NCBI GenBank assembly: GCA_965227515.1
Contig: CBDDFZ010000002.1
Span: forward strand, 736,001 to 800,000
Length of the DNA: 64,000 bases
From: Alphaproteobacteria bacterium
GTDB taxonomy: Bacteria > Pseudomonadota > Alphaproteobacteria > CALKHQ01
Direction of reading: 5' to 3'
Below, in pieces: positions 1 through 9,543 of the stretch; the stretch's first letter is position 1; each line of letters starts with the position of its first letter. The position numbers were made by a program, and so were the translations under genes. The notes beneath the pieces were generated by a model, which saw only the letters and a program-made list of their open reading frames with translations, did not search any database and was not told the DNA's origin.

Positions 1-147
1 GCAGACGACCCAGACCGTCGGCACGCGCTGGGTCTTGCCGCCCGCCAGCGGGCCGAGACCGACTGGGACCGCGAGGCGATCATGGACCGGCTGGACCGCG
101 ACCTTGCCGAAGCGGTCCAGGTCAAGCGGCGACGGTCAAAGACATAG
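1..147 (+). CDS. 3' end of a probable glycosyltransferase (GT4-like), truncated by the window edge
   Basis: Frame 1 reads ADDPDRRHALGLAARQRAETDWDREAIMDRL...KT*, resembling the C-terminal helix of GT-B/GT4 enzymes; stop TAG at 145-147. Confidence 0.5.
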   Translation, partial: ADDPDRRHALGLAARQRAETDWDREAIMDRLDRDLAEAVQVKRRRSKT

Positions 148-183
148 ATCCAACCGTTCACGCGCCATTGCCACCAATACCGC

Positions 184-346
184 GTCGTCCTCGCCCTTGT
201 GGCGAGGACCCATTTTCGTCCAATACATCAACGAGTTACAATTCTACCAGTGCGTAAGGGGCGGACCTTGGATCGAAAGCCCGCTCGCTCTGGCATGGTA
301 GGCGCGATTGCCGAAATGGGCCCTCGCCACGGAGGGCGAGGGCGAC
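184..346. repeat. REPIN-like element, family A, copy 1
   Basis: Left arm GTCGTCCTCGCCCTTGTGGCGAGGACCCAT, inverted right arm ATGGGCCCTCGCCACGGAGGGCGAGGGCGAC; lies between convergent genes; related copies at 7656 and 11436. Confidence 0.85.
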
Positions 347-402
347 AAGTGTTTGGTCCGCAGATGGAAAATTCCTACGCGAAATCTGAGCAGCAATTGC
401 CG

Positions 403-1326
403 TCAGGCGGGCACTGACTCTGTCTCGCGAACCAGGCCGGTCCCGGCCAGCGCGTCCAACAACTCGCGCGCCGCGGCGTCGCCCAGCGGTTGTAGCGGCG
501 GGCAGGTGCGCGCCCACTCCGGGTCGCCAAGGTTCTCCGCCACGATCCGCTTCAGCGCCGGCACCACTGGATGGGCCTGGATGATCTTGCGCAGGCGGGT
601 AGCTTCCGCCTGCAAGTCGTCGGCCTCGGCGGTCTGCCACGCGGTGTAGATGCGCCGGATGCCGGTCGCATTGACGTTGCCGGTGGCGGTGATGCAACCG
701 GCGGCCCCATGGCGCAAACCCTCCAGCAGGAACACCTCCGACCCCGGGAAGATGCGCAGGCCCGGGTGCGCCTCCAGCACCGCCTGGGTGTTTGACCAGT
801 CGCCCGAGCTGTCCTTGATGCCGACGACCGTGCCGGGGAAGTCGGCCGCCAGCCGGCCGATCAGCTCCACGCTGAACCCGACCTGGGCCACCGGCGGGAT
901 GTGGTAGAGCAGCACCTCGAGATCGGGCCGGGCGGCACGCTCGATGGTCGCGGCGACAAAGCGGTAGATGCCGTCGTCGCTGACGCCCTTGTAGTAGAAC
1001 GGCGGCAGCAGCAGCACCGCGCCGGCGCCGGCATCGGCCGCGTGGCGGGTCAGCTCGGCGGCGTCGTCGATGGCGCAGGCACCGGTGCCCGGCATCATCT
1101 TCTCGGCCGGGATGCCGGCGTCGATCAGGCCCTCGAGCTGGCGCATGCGCTGGCGCGGCGACATCGAGTTCGCCTCGCTGGTGGTGCCGAACACGGCAAG
1201 CCCATCCGCGCCCTCGTCCAACAGGCTTTGGCACAGCGCTGCGTGGCGCTTCACATCGGGGTTCAGGTCGGCGTCGAACGGTGTCAGCACCGGCACCCAA
1301 ACGCCGCCCAGGGGTTGTGTTGTCAT
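403..1326 (-). CDS. Dihydrodipicolinate synthase (DHDPS/NAL) family lyase
   Basis: GTTSE (GTTGE-like) motif, LLYHIP, and Schiff-base motif GIKDSSGD; 307 aa; RBS GGGAGG upstream. Confidence 0.9.
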   Translation of the reverse strand: MTTQPLGGVWVPVLTPFDADLNPDVKRHAALCQSLLDEGADGLAVFGTTSEANSMSPRQRMRQLEGLIDAGIPAEKMMPGTGACAIDDAAELTRHAADAGAGAVLLLPPFYYKGVSDDGIYRFVAATIERAARPDLEVLLYHIPPVAQVGFSVELIGRLAADFPGTVVGIKDSSGDWSNTQAVLEAHPGLRIFPGSEVFLLEGLRHGAAGCITATGNVNATGIRRIYTAWQTAEADDLQAEATRLRKIIQAHPVVPALKRIVAENLGDPEWARTCPPLQPLGDAAARELLDALAGTGLVRETESVPA

Positions 1327-1374
1327 CGAGAATGCCTCCCTTGAATGCCTATTCGATTGTTGTGCGAGTAGCGG

Positions 1375-2343
1375 TCATGTCGCTGGCGGACGGTCGGCCG
1401 CCGGCAGGGGCCTGGCCGGTCGGTTCACCAGCACCAGGCCGACCAGCACCAGTGCGGTCGCGACCCAGATCAGCCAGTCATGGCTCTCCTGGAAGATAAC
1501 CATACCCCATAGAATGCCGGAGCAATTGACCACGAACGCCACCGTGCCCGCCACCACGGGGCCGACCATCCTAAGCAGCTCGAAGAAGATGGTGAAGGCG
1601 GTCGCGGTGATGACCATGTGGGCGATGATCGCCCAGTCGCGCACCCGCCAGTCGTTGAAATCGGGGATGTAGACGGAATCGGTCGCCACCGCGGCGATGG
1701 TCATGAACGTGCCGGCGGTCAGGGTCATGCCGCAGGCCAGGGCCAGCGAATGGCTGCCGGGCCCCACGGGACGCCAGCGCGCCATGCCGATGTTGCTGAA
1801 GGTGAAGCAGATCGGCGTCAGCAACGCCATCAGGATATAGGGTGTGCCATCGGCGCTGGGTACGCTGGCCTCGGGCACCACGATCAGGAGCGCGCCGGCC
1901 AGGCCGAACGCCACGCCAAGCACCCGGATCAACTGCGGTCGCTCCATGCCGATGGCGCTGGCTAGCCCGTAGGTCAGCACCGGCACCAGGGTGATCAGCA
2001 TGGCCATCATGCCGGCCGGCACCTCGCGCAGCACGAATACCATGTTGGCGTTGGGCAGCGCGAACCCGACGATGCCGGAGAACAGGTAATAGGCCAGGAA
2101 GCGCCGCTCCAGCTTGGGCGCCTGGCCGCGCGCCAGCGACAGCAGCAGCAACAGCAGGCCGCCGCCGACCGACTGCCACATCGCGTAGCCGAACGTCGAC
2201 ACGCCGTCGGTGCGCGCCAGCTTCGTGAGCGAGAAGGCCAGCCCCCACATCGTCCCCGCCGCCAGCAGCATGATCGCGGGCAGGGCTGCACGCACCAGCG
2301 GGGAGACCGGGTGCCGTTCAGGCGTGGCGCTTGGATGGGTCAC
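1375..2343 (-). CDS. DMT/EamA family transporter
   Basis: About 10 hydrophobic segments in two EamA-like repeats (WGLAFSLTK, G..E). Start moved to GTG at 2343; start is uncertain. Confidence 0.85.
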   Translation of the reverse strand: MTHPSATPERHPVSPLVRAALPAIMLLAAGTMWGLAFSLTKLARTDGVSTFGYAMWQSVGGGLLLLLLSLARGQAPKLERRFLAYYLFSGIVGFALPNANMVFVLREVPAGMMAMLITLVPVLTYGLASAIGMERPQLIRVLGVAFGLAGALLIVVPEASVPSADGTPYILMALLTPICFTFSNIGMARWRPVGPGSHSLALACGMTLTAGTFMTIAAVATDSVYIPDFNDWRVRDWAIIAHMVITATAFTIFFELLRMVGPVVAGTVAFVVNCSGILWGMVIFQESHDWLIWVATALVLVGLVLVNRPARPLPAADRPPAT

Positions 2344-2396
2344 CGGCGGAACATAGGACTGTGCCGCCAATGGACCAAGCGCCAAATCGTCGGCCC

Positions 2397-2432
2397 GGCC
2401 ATGCCTTTGACGCGGGCCATGCCTTTGACGCA
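2397..2432. repeat. 18-bp tandem duplication (GGCCATGCCTTTGACGCR x2)
   Basis: Seen directly in the divergent intergenic region. Confidence 0.85.
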
Positions 2433-2524
2433 GGTCGTGCCGCACGGTTGCGCCGGTGTGCCTCTGCCCGCAGGATGGTGTGATGACGACAACGTTGGGC
2501 AGCAGACAGATGGGGAGACGGATC

Positions 2525-2935
2525 ATGGGTAGGTGGATGGCAGCGATGTGCGGCGTGGCCGCGCTGGCGAGCGCGCCGACCGGTGCGGCCGTCGCACAGG
2601 ACTTCGAGCCGCACCAGATGGTCAGTGGTGACGACCTGGTGAGCGCGCTCGATGCGGACGATCCCCAGGGCATGGCTTTCATCGCTGGAGCGATGAGCAT
2701 TCTGTTGGTGCGGAGCTACCAGGACCCGATGTTCTGGTGGGTGCCGACCTGCCTGGCCCAGACCTTTGCCGGCCCGCGGCAGATCGCACCTGGCGTTTAC
2801 GACTACGTGGCCGCGTTGCCGGAGGATCGCGGGCGGTCGGCCCAAGTGGGGCTGGCGGCGAACGCGGTAATGTTCGCGCTGGCGGATTATTGCGGCCAGG
2901 AGGTCACCGACCTGGAATTCGGGGCATCGGAGTAG
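2525..2935 (+). CDS. Exported protein, possibly Rap1a/Tai-like immunity fold
   Basis: GGAG RBS before ATG 2525; signal peptide ending AVA-Q; pattern SGDDL..GMAFIAG..C..Q..VYDYV..P..AANAVMFAL..C. Confidence 0.55.
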   Translation: MGRWMAAMCGVAALASAPTGAAVAQDFEPHQMVSGDDLVSALDADDPQGMAFIAGAMSILLVRSYQDPMFWWVPTCLAQTFAGPRQIAPGVYDYVAALPEDRGRSAQVGLAANAVMFALADYCGQEVTDLEFGASE

Positions 2936-2961
2936 CCGATCGGGTATGGCAAACTGGTTGC

Positions 2962-3726
2962 ATGACCCACATTTGGCGAGTCGAAGCTTGCGGCCCCAGC
3001 CTGTTGCGGCTGGACCGCAACGGCGCCGCGCTGGACCTGCCGGTGCGCTACAGCCCGCGCGCGCGCCGCATGCGCCTGCGGGTGGTGCCGGACGGCGTCG
3101 AACTCGTGCTGCCACAAGGCATGAAGCCGGCCGCCGCGGCCGATTTCGTGCGTCGCAACGCGACCTGGGTCATGCGCCAGCAGGCCGGCGCGCTGGAGAC
3201 GGTGGTGCTGTCTGTCGGGGCCAGCGTGCCGATCGAGGGGGACATGCATGCCATCGCGCAGCCCGACAGCCCGTCCGCGCGCGGTCCCGCCGGTGAGCGT
3301 GTGGCTTGGCGCGGCGACGGCTGCCTGATCGTGCGCGGCGATCCGGCCCACGTGCCGCGCCGGGTGGAGAGCTGGCTGCGCGGGCACGCGGCCGACACCA
3401 TCCGCCCGTGCGCCGCCGCCAAGGCCGCCCTCATCGACCGCCCGCCGCCGCCGGTCAGCGTGCGCGACCAGTCGTCACGCTGGGGCAGTTGCAGCGCTGC
3501 CGGGCGGCTGAATTTCTCTTGGCGGCTGGTCATGGCGCCTCCGGCTGTGCTGGACTATGTTGTCGCCCACGAGGTGGCGCATCTGCGTGAAATGAACCAC
3601 GGGCCGGCGTTCTGGCGGCTGTGTGGGGCACTCACCGACGGCGGCGCCGACAGCGCGGCCAGGTCGCGCAAATGGCTGCAGCGCCATGGCCGCGGCCTGC
3701 ATCGTTACACGTCGACACATTCCTAA
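2962..3726 (+). CDS. M48/YgjP (DUF45, SprT-like) metallopeptidase family protein
   Basis: SRWGSCS, LNFSWRL, DYVVAHEVAHLREMNHGPAFW (HEXXH). Start re-assigned to ATG 2962. Confidence 0.9.
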   Translation: MTHIWRVEACGPSLLRLDRNGAALDLPVRYSPRARRMRLRVVPDGVELVLPQGMKPAAAADFVRRNATWVMRQQAGALETVVLSVGASVPIEGDMHAIAQPDSPSARGPAGERVAWRGDGCLIVRGDPAHVPRRVESWLRGHAADTIRPCAAAKAALIDRPPPPVSVRDQSSRWGSCSAAGRLNFSWRLVMAPPAVLDYVVAHEVAHLREMNHGPAFWRLCGALTDGGADSAARSRKWLQRHGRGLHRYTSTHS

Positions 3727-3797
3727 GATTGCGAAATTAAACGGATTTTCCTACAATTTTAGATAAGTTTTCGTCGTGTTTGCGACAGGAGGGCGTG

Positions 3798-4313
3798 ATG
3801 TCGTCAAAGGGTTTGTTGTCCACCATCGTCGTTGGCATTCTGCTTGTCGGTTGCGCCGCCGAGGAGGGAGCCGAGCCTCTCGCCGAGGCGACGCCCGGAA
3901 TCGTGGTGGCGGATGGCGACGCATCAGCCTTGGCGCCGGCCAGCGGTGGCGACCCCGCGGCGACCCTGGACCCGTCGTTGACCGGGGACGTCTCCGGCGA
4001 GACCATTCCGTCGGCGGTGGCCGATCCCGACGCGGCGCGTCCGGACGCCAACTTGCCGGCGGTGGACCGCGCCAACGGCATCTATGTCACCTGCGTGGTG
4101 GGTGCGTCCGCCAGCAGCTATGACGGGTCCGAGCCGGCGGACGACGTTGTCGAGATGGGGATCGACCGGTGCCGCAACGACTTCCGTCGCGCGGTGTGGG
4201 CCTATGAGGACACCGGGGCCTCGCCCAGCGAGTCAGACCGGTTCGCCCGTGGCCTGTTGAGCTATGCCCGCGAGCAGGCGCGTGCCGCGATTGCGGAGAT
4301 CGCCGGCTCCTGA
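3798..4313 (+). CDS. Hypothetical lipoprotein
   Basis: AGGAGG RBS; lipobox LLVGC after a hydrophobic stretch; two further Cys in the C-terminal helical part. Confidence 0.7.
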   Translation: MSSKGLLSTIVVGILLVGCAAEEGAEPLAEATPGIVVADGDASALAPASGGDPAATLDPSLTGDVSGETIPSAVADPDAARPDANLPAVDRANGIYVTCVVGASASSYDGSEPADDVVEMGIDRCRNDFRRAVWAYEDTGASPSESDRFARGLLSYAREQARAAIAEIAGS

Positions 4314-4321
4314 CCCCTCGT

Positions 4322-4431
4322 CGTCATTGCGAGGAGCGCCATTCAGGCGCGACGCGGCAATCCAGAGCGACGCCCGGTGGCATCACGGCAACCGCCTGGA
4401 TCGCGTCGTCGTTCCACTCCTCGCGATGACG
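4322..4431. repeat. REPIN-like element, family B, copy 1
   Basis: CGTCATTGCGAGGAGC...GACGCGGCAATCCAG ... CTGGATCGCGTC...CTCGCGATGACG; related copies at 42695, 46201 and 53239. Confidence 0.85.
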
Positions 4432-4484
4432 CCAAGAATATTTGGAACTTCAGACGCTAGAGTTGTTCCTGGGGTTGGGTAGGC

Positions 4485-4521
4485 AAAAAAAGCGCCCGGG
4501 TGCCAATCAGCGCCCGGGCGT
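4485..4521 (-). terminator. Rho-independent terminator
   Basis: On the minus strand: CGCCCGGG stem, loop, CCCGGGCG, then T7. Confidence 0.75.
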
Positions 4522-4782
4522 CAGTGTGATTCCAGGAGATAAAAAGTCGGACCACCGCAACCCGCGGCGCTCCTGCCCGATCCGGGTGGCGGCCGTTCCG
4601 CGATCCGCGGTCTGGCCTGATGCCACCATGTGAACCGAACGTCCGTATGTCGCGGGCGGCACCGGGTGGGTTTCAAGCCGGTGCCACATTTCGGCCGCAA
4701 ACCGTGACCGTCGTCACAGGAGATGGAGCGGAGTCCCCGCCTGCTCTCGGTTCGCCGGATAACTCGGGATTGCCGGGGGTCG

Positions 4783-5538
4783 TCAGCTCGCCTTGGCGAG
4801 CGACATCAGGTCGTCGGATTGCCCGACGGGCACACCGGCGCTGTGCTGGTGCTCGTCGTCCGACTGCGGGTCGCGCAGCACATAGCCACGGCCCCACACG
4901 GTCTCGATGTAGTTTGCGCCGCCAGTGGCCGTCGACAGCTTCTTGCGCAGCTTGCACACGAAGACGTCGATGATCTTCAGCTCCGGCTCGTCGATACCGC
5001 CGTAGAGATGGTTGAGGAACATTTCCTTGGTCAGGGTCGTGCCCTTGCGCAGGCTCAACAGCTCCAGGATGCCGTATTCCTTGCCGGTCAGGTGCAGCGG
5101 CTTGCCTTCCACGTCCACGGTGCGGGCGTCCAGGTTCACGGCAAGCTTGCCGGTGCGGATGATCGATTCCGAATGGCCCTTCGAGCGGCGGATGATGGCG
5201 TGGATACGCGCGATCATCTCGGCCTTGTCGAACGGCTTGGTCAGGTAGTCGTCGGCACCGAAGCCGAGGCCCTTCACCTTGTTGTTGGGCTCGTTCAGGC
5301 CCGACAGGATCAGGATCGGGGTCTGCACCCGCGCCGCGCGCAGCCGCCGCAGCACTTCGTAACCGTCGATATCGGGCAGCATCAGGTCGAGGACGATAAT
5401 GTCGTAGTCATAAAGCTTACCGATCTCCAGGCCGTCTTCGCCCAGGTCGGTGGTGTCGACCACGAAACCCTCGGATTGAAGCATCATCTCGATGCTACGC
5501 GCCATTGGCGTGTCGTCTTCAACCAACAAAACCCGCAT
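4783..5538 (-). CDS. ctrA: Cell-cycle master response regulator CtrA
   Basis: MRVLLVEDD...[18 protein letters not shown]...[31 protein letters not shown]...IETVWGRGY; GGGAG RBS before ATG 5538. Confidence 0.97.
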   Translation of the reverse strand: MRVLLVEDDTPMARSIEMMLQSEGFVVDTTDLGEDGLEIGKLYDYDIIVLDLMLPDIDGYEVLRRLRAARVQTPILILSGLNEPNNKVKGLGFGADDYLTKPFDKAEMIARIHAIIRRSKGHSESIIRTGKLAVNLDARTVDVEGKPLHLTGKEYGILELLSLRKGTTLTKEMFLNHLYGGIDEPELKIIDVFVCKLRKKLSTATGGANYIETVWGRGYVLRDPQSDDEHQHSAGVPVGQSDDLMSLAKAS

Positions 5539-5634
5539 AAGCCAACTCCCCGAAGTACGCAGCGGGTGGCGGCTGTCGAGAGCCGCTCCGCGCTCCTGCA
5601 ATTCCAACTTAAGGTTAACCTATTCGGCAGTTCG

Positions 5635-5649
5635 TTAAACAACGGTTAA
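5635..5649. promoter_or_regulatory. CtrA binding site (TTAA-N7-TTAA)
   Basis: TTAAACAACGGTTAA is an exact spacing match in the ctrA/fliI divergent region; extra TTAA/TTAACC half-sites at 5609-5620. Confidence 0.85.
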
Positions 5650-5783
5650 GCCACCTTACCACGCTGACAGATATAAATGTGGCATCGGCGCGGCACGTTT
5701 TACGCCCCCTTAAGCAAGCGGGGCTAGCTTCCGATCAGAAGCGTGCTGCGGCACGCGGGCGATTCACGGCGAGCCAAGCGGCG

Positions 5784-7160
5784 ATGTCCATAGTTGTTGA
5801 CGACCTACTGCGGCGGATCGAAAGCGTACCGAGCCCCCGAATCTATGGGCGTGTGACGAGTGTCCACGGCCTGCAGGTCGAGGTCGGCGGCGCCCATCGC
5901 GCCATGACCGTCGGCACCCGATGCCGCATCGCCGGCCAAACCGGCCCGGCCGTGCTGGCCGAGGTGGTCGGTTTTCGGCGCGATCGTGCGATCCTGATGC
6001 CGTTCGGTTCCACCGAGGGCGTCGGCATGGGGTGCCGGGTCGAAATTTGCGGCGACGCGCCGATGGCTTATCCCAATGCGGCTTGGCTGGGCCGGGTCGT
6101 TAACGCGCTCGGCGAGCCGATCGACGGCAAGGGACCGCTGCCGCAAGGCCCGATGGGCTATCGGCTGCGGGGCAGCCCGCCGTCGGCCCATGCCCGCGAC
6201 CGGGTCGGCGACAAGATCGATCTCGGCGTGCGCGCGCTCAACACCTTTCTTACTGTGTGCCGTGGCCAGCGCATGGGGATCTTTGCCGGCTCGGGCGTCG
6301 GCAAGTCGGTTCTGCTGTCGATGCTGGCGCGCCATACCAATTGCGACGCCGCGGTGATCGCCCTGGTCGGCGAGCGTGGCCGCGAGGTGCAGGAGTTCCT
6401 GACCGACGATCTGGGGCCGGAGGGTCTGGCCCGCAGCATCGTGGTGGTCGCGACCTCCGACGAGCCGCCGCTGATGCGCCGCCGGGCGGCCCAGCTTGCG
6501 ATGACGTGCGCCGAATATCTGCGCGACCGCGGTAATGACGTGTTGTGCCTGATGGACAGCGTGACCCGCTACGCCATGGCGATGCGCGAGATCGGGCTGT
6601 CGGCCGGCGAGCCGCCCGCGACCAAGGGCTATCCGCCGTCCGTCTTCGCCGACCTGCCGAAACTGCTGGAGCGCGCCGGACCCGGCGTGGCCGGCCAGGG
6701 CTCGATCACCGGCCTGTTCACCGTTCTGGTGGAAGGCGGCGACCATGACGAGCCGGTGTCCGATGCGGTGCGCGGCATTCTGGACGGCCATGTGGTGATG
6801 GAGCGCGCCATTGCCGAACGCGGCCGCTACCCCGCCATCAACATCCTGCGCTCGATCTCCCGCACCATGCCGGGCTGCAACACGCCCTGGGAGACGAAGC
6901 TGGTGCGCCGGGCGCGCCAGTTGATGGCCGACTACGCCGATATGGAAGAACTGATCAAGCTCGGCGCCTACCGCGCCGGCTCGAACCCGGAGACCGACGA
7001 AGCGATCTCCGTTCACCCCGCCCTGGAAGAGTTTCTCGGCCAGGATAAGGATGACCACACCTGTCTCGACGAAGGTTATCGGCAGCTTGCCGAGATTGTC
7101 GGGATCCCGAACGAAGAGGCCTCGAGAACCGAGGCGCCGAGTGAGGAAGCGAACTCATGA
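5784..7160 (+). CDS. fliI: Flagellar export ATPase FliI
   Basis: Walker [50 protein letters not shown]; start approximate. Confidence 0.96.
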   Translation: MSIVVDDLLRRIESVPSPRIYGRVTSVHGLQVEVGGAHRAMTVGTRCRIAGQTGPAVLAEVVGFRRDRAILMPFGSTEGVGMGCRVEICGDAPMAYPNAAWLGRVVNALGEPIDGKGPLPQGPMGYRLRGSPPSAHARDRVGDKIDLGVRALNTFLTVCRGQRMGIFAGSGVGKSVLLSMLARHTNCDAAVIALVGERGREVQEFLTDDLGPEGLARSIVVVATSDEPPLMRRRAAQLAMTCAEYLRDRGNDVLCLMDSVTRYAMAMREIGLSAGEPPATKGYPPSVFADLPKLLERAGPGVAGQGSITGLFTVLVEGGDHDEPVSDAVRGILDGHVVMERAIAERGRYPAINILRSISRTMPGCNTPWETKLVRRARQLMADYADMEELIKLGAYRAGSNPETDEAISVHPALEEFLGQDKDDHTCLDEGYRQLAEIVGIPNEEASRTEAPSEEANS

Positions 7161-7603
7161 AGAGCTTAGACACCATCATCCGCCTGAAGAAGTGGCAGCT
7201 CAACGACAAGCAGCGCAAGCTGGCCGACCTCAGGCGCATGCGTGACGACCTGGAGCAGCGGACCCGCACCCTGGAGGCGGAAATCGAGTCCGAGGCCGGC
7301 GTGACCGGCGAACAGGCGACCGGCGCGATGGTCTATGGCGTCTACGCCCAGGCGGCGCTGGATCGGCGCGATCGCCTGCGCAACTCGATTGCCGAAGTCG
7401 ACACCGAGATCACGGCTTGCGCCGAAGAGCTGGCCGAGGCGTTCGAGGAAGTGAAGAAGCACGAGATCAGCCGCGATGCCCGCCATCGCCGGGCGCGGGT
7501 GCTGGCCAACCGCCGCCAGCAGGCGACCATGGACGAGATGGCGCAGGACCTGATGCGCCAGGGCGGTGGCTACGGCTCCCCGGCGCTGGCCGGCGCGGAG
7601 TAG
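7157..7603 (+). CDS. fliJ: Flagellar export protein FliJ
   Basis: 148-aa coiled-coil protein overlapping the fliI stop (ATGA); C-terminal QQATMDEMA motif. Confidence 0.85.
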   Translation: MKSLDTIIRLKKWQLNDKQRKLADLRRMRDDLEQRTRTLEAEIESEAGVTGEQATGAMVYGVYAQAALDRRDRLRNSIAEVDTEITACAEELAEAFEEVKKHEISRDARHRRARVLANRRQQATMDEMAQDLMRQGGGYGSPALAGAE

Positions 7604-7655
7604 GCGGCGCGCTGTTCCACTCCACGCGTTCCACGCGTGTCACCAACACACCATT

Positions 7656-7829
7656 GTCGTCCTCGCCCTTGTGGCGAGGACCCATATTTGTCCACGATCT
7701 GAATAGTCAAAATTGAGCCGGTGTCGGGATTGGCTGTCGGCTGTATGCGATGGGCCAATGTGCCGGCTCTCTTCGGCACTCGTCCGGACTGCCCCGCAAA
7801 TGGGCCCTTGCGACAAGCGCAAGGGCGAC
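7656..7829. repeat. REPIN-like element, family A, copy 2
   Basis: GTCGTCCTCGCCCTTGTGGCGAGGACCCAT ... ATGGGCCCTTGCGACAAGCGCAAGGGCGAC between convergent genes. Confidence 0.85.
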
Positions 7830-7848
7830 GAGCTTCAGGTGAAAGGCC

Positions 7849-9516
7849 CTAAGCCGAAACCTCGACGTGCTGGTCGACGGCGGCGCGGCCGGCGCCGAGC
7901 CGGAGGTCCGGGCGGCGCTCGAACGTCAGCGTGCCGCGGAAGTCCATCGCCTCCATTGCCGCCGAGAACAGTTCCATCAGCTCGGGTTCGGAGCGCGCCG
8001 GCAGGGCGTTGCCGTGGCGCACGATCAAGTCGAGGCGGCGCGCCTGCACGAACCCGTCGAGCCGGAACGGGCCCAGCCGGGTGAACCGGGTCTCGACCCG
8101 AAAGCGCGCGACGTCCTCGTCGCCGTCCGCGTCCTCGCCACCGGCATTCTCATGCCAGCTGTAGTCGAGCGACTGCCAGCCGTCGCCGGTCATGATGGGT
8201 ACCACCACGCTGCGCCAGTCGCCATTGTGCGCGGCGGCGCCGTCGACATCCGGCAGGCGCTGGCTGAGCTTCGCGCCATTGTCGCGTAACCGGTCGAGCA
8301 GGCCAGCCTGCCCGGCCTTGCCCAGGGCGGCCGCGCCGCCTTCGCCCAGCACGCTGTCGACCCGGCCGCCCTTCAGCGCGGTCAGCAGGAACATGGTGGC
8401 CGCGGCCAAGCGCGGGCCCGGCCGGGGAATCGCGGCATTGGCGGCGGCGGCCATCTCGGGATGGACGGTGGAGACCGCCGCGATGGCCTGCTCCAGCGTG
8501 GTGCCGAGCTGTGCGGCCGGGCTGGCTTGAGCCTGAACGCTGGGCGCAGCCTGGATGGCGAGCGTGACCTGCGTGCCAATGGGCAATTGCGACGTCTGCA
8601 GCGCGACCAACCCCCTGGCGGTCGAGATGATCGGCTGGCCGTTGCCGGCGTGGCCGACGACGCGCCCGGTGATCTGGGCCGGGTCGGCCGCCGTGGCCGC
8701 ATTGGCATTTGCTCCGGTCGCGGTCGCCGCCACCTGGTTCGGCGTCGCGGCAGTTGTTGCCGGGTTGCCGGTGGCGGCAGCGTTCCCGGCGGAAACGGTC
8801 GCTGCGGCCTGGGCGGTTGGCGCGGCGGCCGGAGTCGCCGAAGCCGCCGAAGCCGCCGAAGCCGCCGAAGCCGTGGCTGCTGCGGGCGCGTTGGACGGCG
8901 GCGTGGTCGAGACCACCCGGACCTGGAACGAGGTCGCGTTGCGGAGCTGGGCGTCGACCTCGCCGCGCGGGGCGGTGGCGATCTGTTGCGCGGTCAGCCC
9001 GGAGAGCGGCCTGGCGGCAATGGTCTGGGTGGCGGCACCGGGTGCCGAAGTGCGGACCTGGGCGGCGGCATCGGCGGGTGCCGGGGCCTGGGTGGGGTTC
9101 GGGCGCACCGTCAGTTGCAGGTCAGGACCGCCGCGCTGCACGGTCAGGTTCACCGTGTCGCCGGGCACCAGGGTCGGCGGCAGGCCGCGAACGCTGACCG
9201 CGCCGAACGCGGTGGCGAGCTGGGTCACACCATTGGGCGACCCCTGGGGCGGCGCCTGTACGGTGGCGCCGAGGCGGGCGCCTGCGGCAAGCTGGGTCAG
9301 CGCGGTATCGGCGCGCACCACTTGCAGCGGGATTTGTGAAGGTTGGGGCGGAGGCGCGGGCGTTCCCTGCGGTGTCGCCTGGGCTTGCGCGCCGGCGGAA
9401 CCGCCGCCGGATGCGTTTGCGACCGGGGCGACCGGCGGCTGGGTCAGCGCGTTGGGGGCCGGCTGGTTTGCGGCCGTCGGGGTCGTCGGCGGGGGCGGCG
9501 TGTTGATCGCAGCCAT
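7849..9516 (-). CDS. Flagellar-cluster protein, Ala/Pro/Thr-rich, with a FliK-like C-terminal domain
   Basis: Last gene of the flhA-flhF-flhG run; long low-complexity region; C-terminal RFRVETRFTRLGPFRLDGFVQARRLDLIVR. Confidence 0.7.
   Translation of the reverse strand: MAAINTPPPPTTPTAANQPAPNALTQPPVAPVANASGGGSAGAQAQATPQGTPAPPPQPSQIPLQVVRADTALTQLAAGARLGATVQAPPQGSPNGVTQLATAFGAVSVRGLPPTLVPGDTVNLTVQRGGPDLQLTVRPNPTQAPAPADAAAQVRTSAPGAATQTIAARPLSGLTAQQIATAPRGEVDAQLRNATSFQVRVVSTTPPSNAPAAATASAASAASAASATPAAAPTAQAAATVSAGNAAATGNPATTAATPNQVAATATGANANAATAADPAQITGRVVGHAGNGQPIISTARGLVALQTSQLPIGTQVTLAIQAAPSVQAQASPAAQLGTTLEQAIAAVSTVHPEMAAAANAAIPRPGPRLAAATMFLLTALKGGRVDSVLGEGGAAALGKAGQAGLLDRLRDNGAKLSQRLPDVDGAAAHNGDWRSVVVPIMTGDGWQSLDYSWHENAGGEDADGDEDVARFRVETRFTRLGPFRLDGFVQARRLDLIVRHGNALPARSEPELMELFSAAMEAMDFRGTLTFERRPDLRLGAGRAAVDQHVEVSA
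8837..8872. repeat. 9-bp tandem repeat GCCGAAGCC x4, coding (ASA)n
   Basis: Seen directly; in frame within the 7849-9516 CDS. Confidence 0.85.
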
Positions 9517-9543
9517 CGAAACCGTCCTCGTGTTGCGCCGTCG

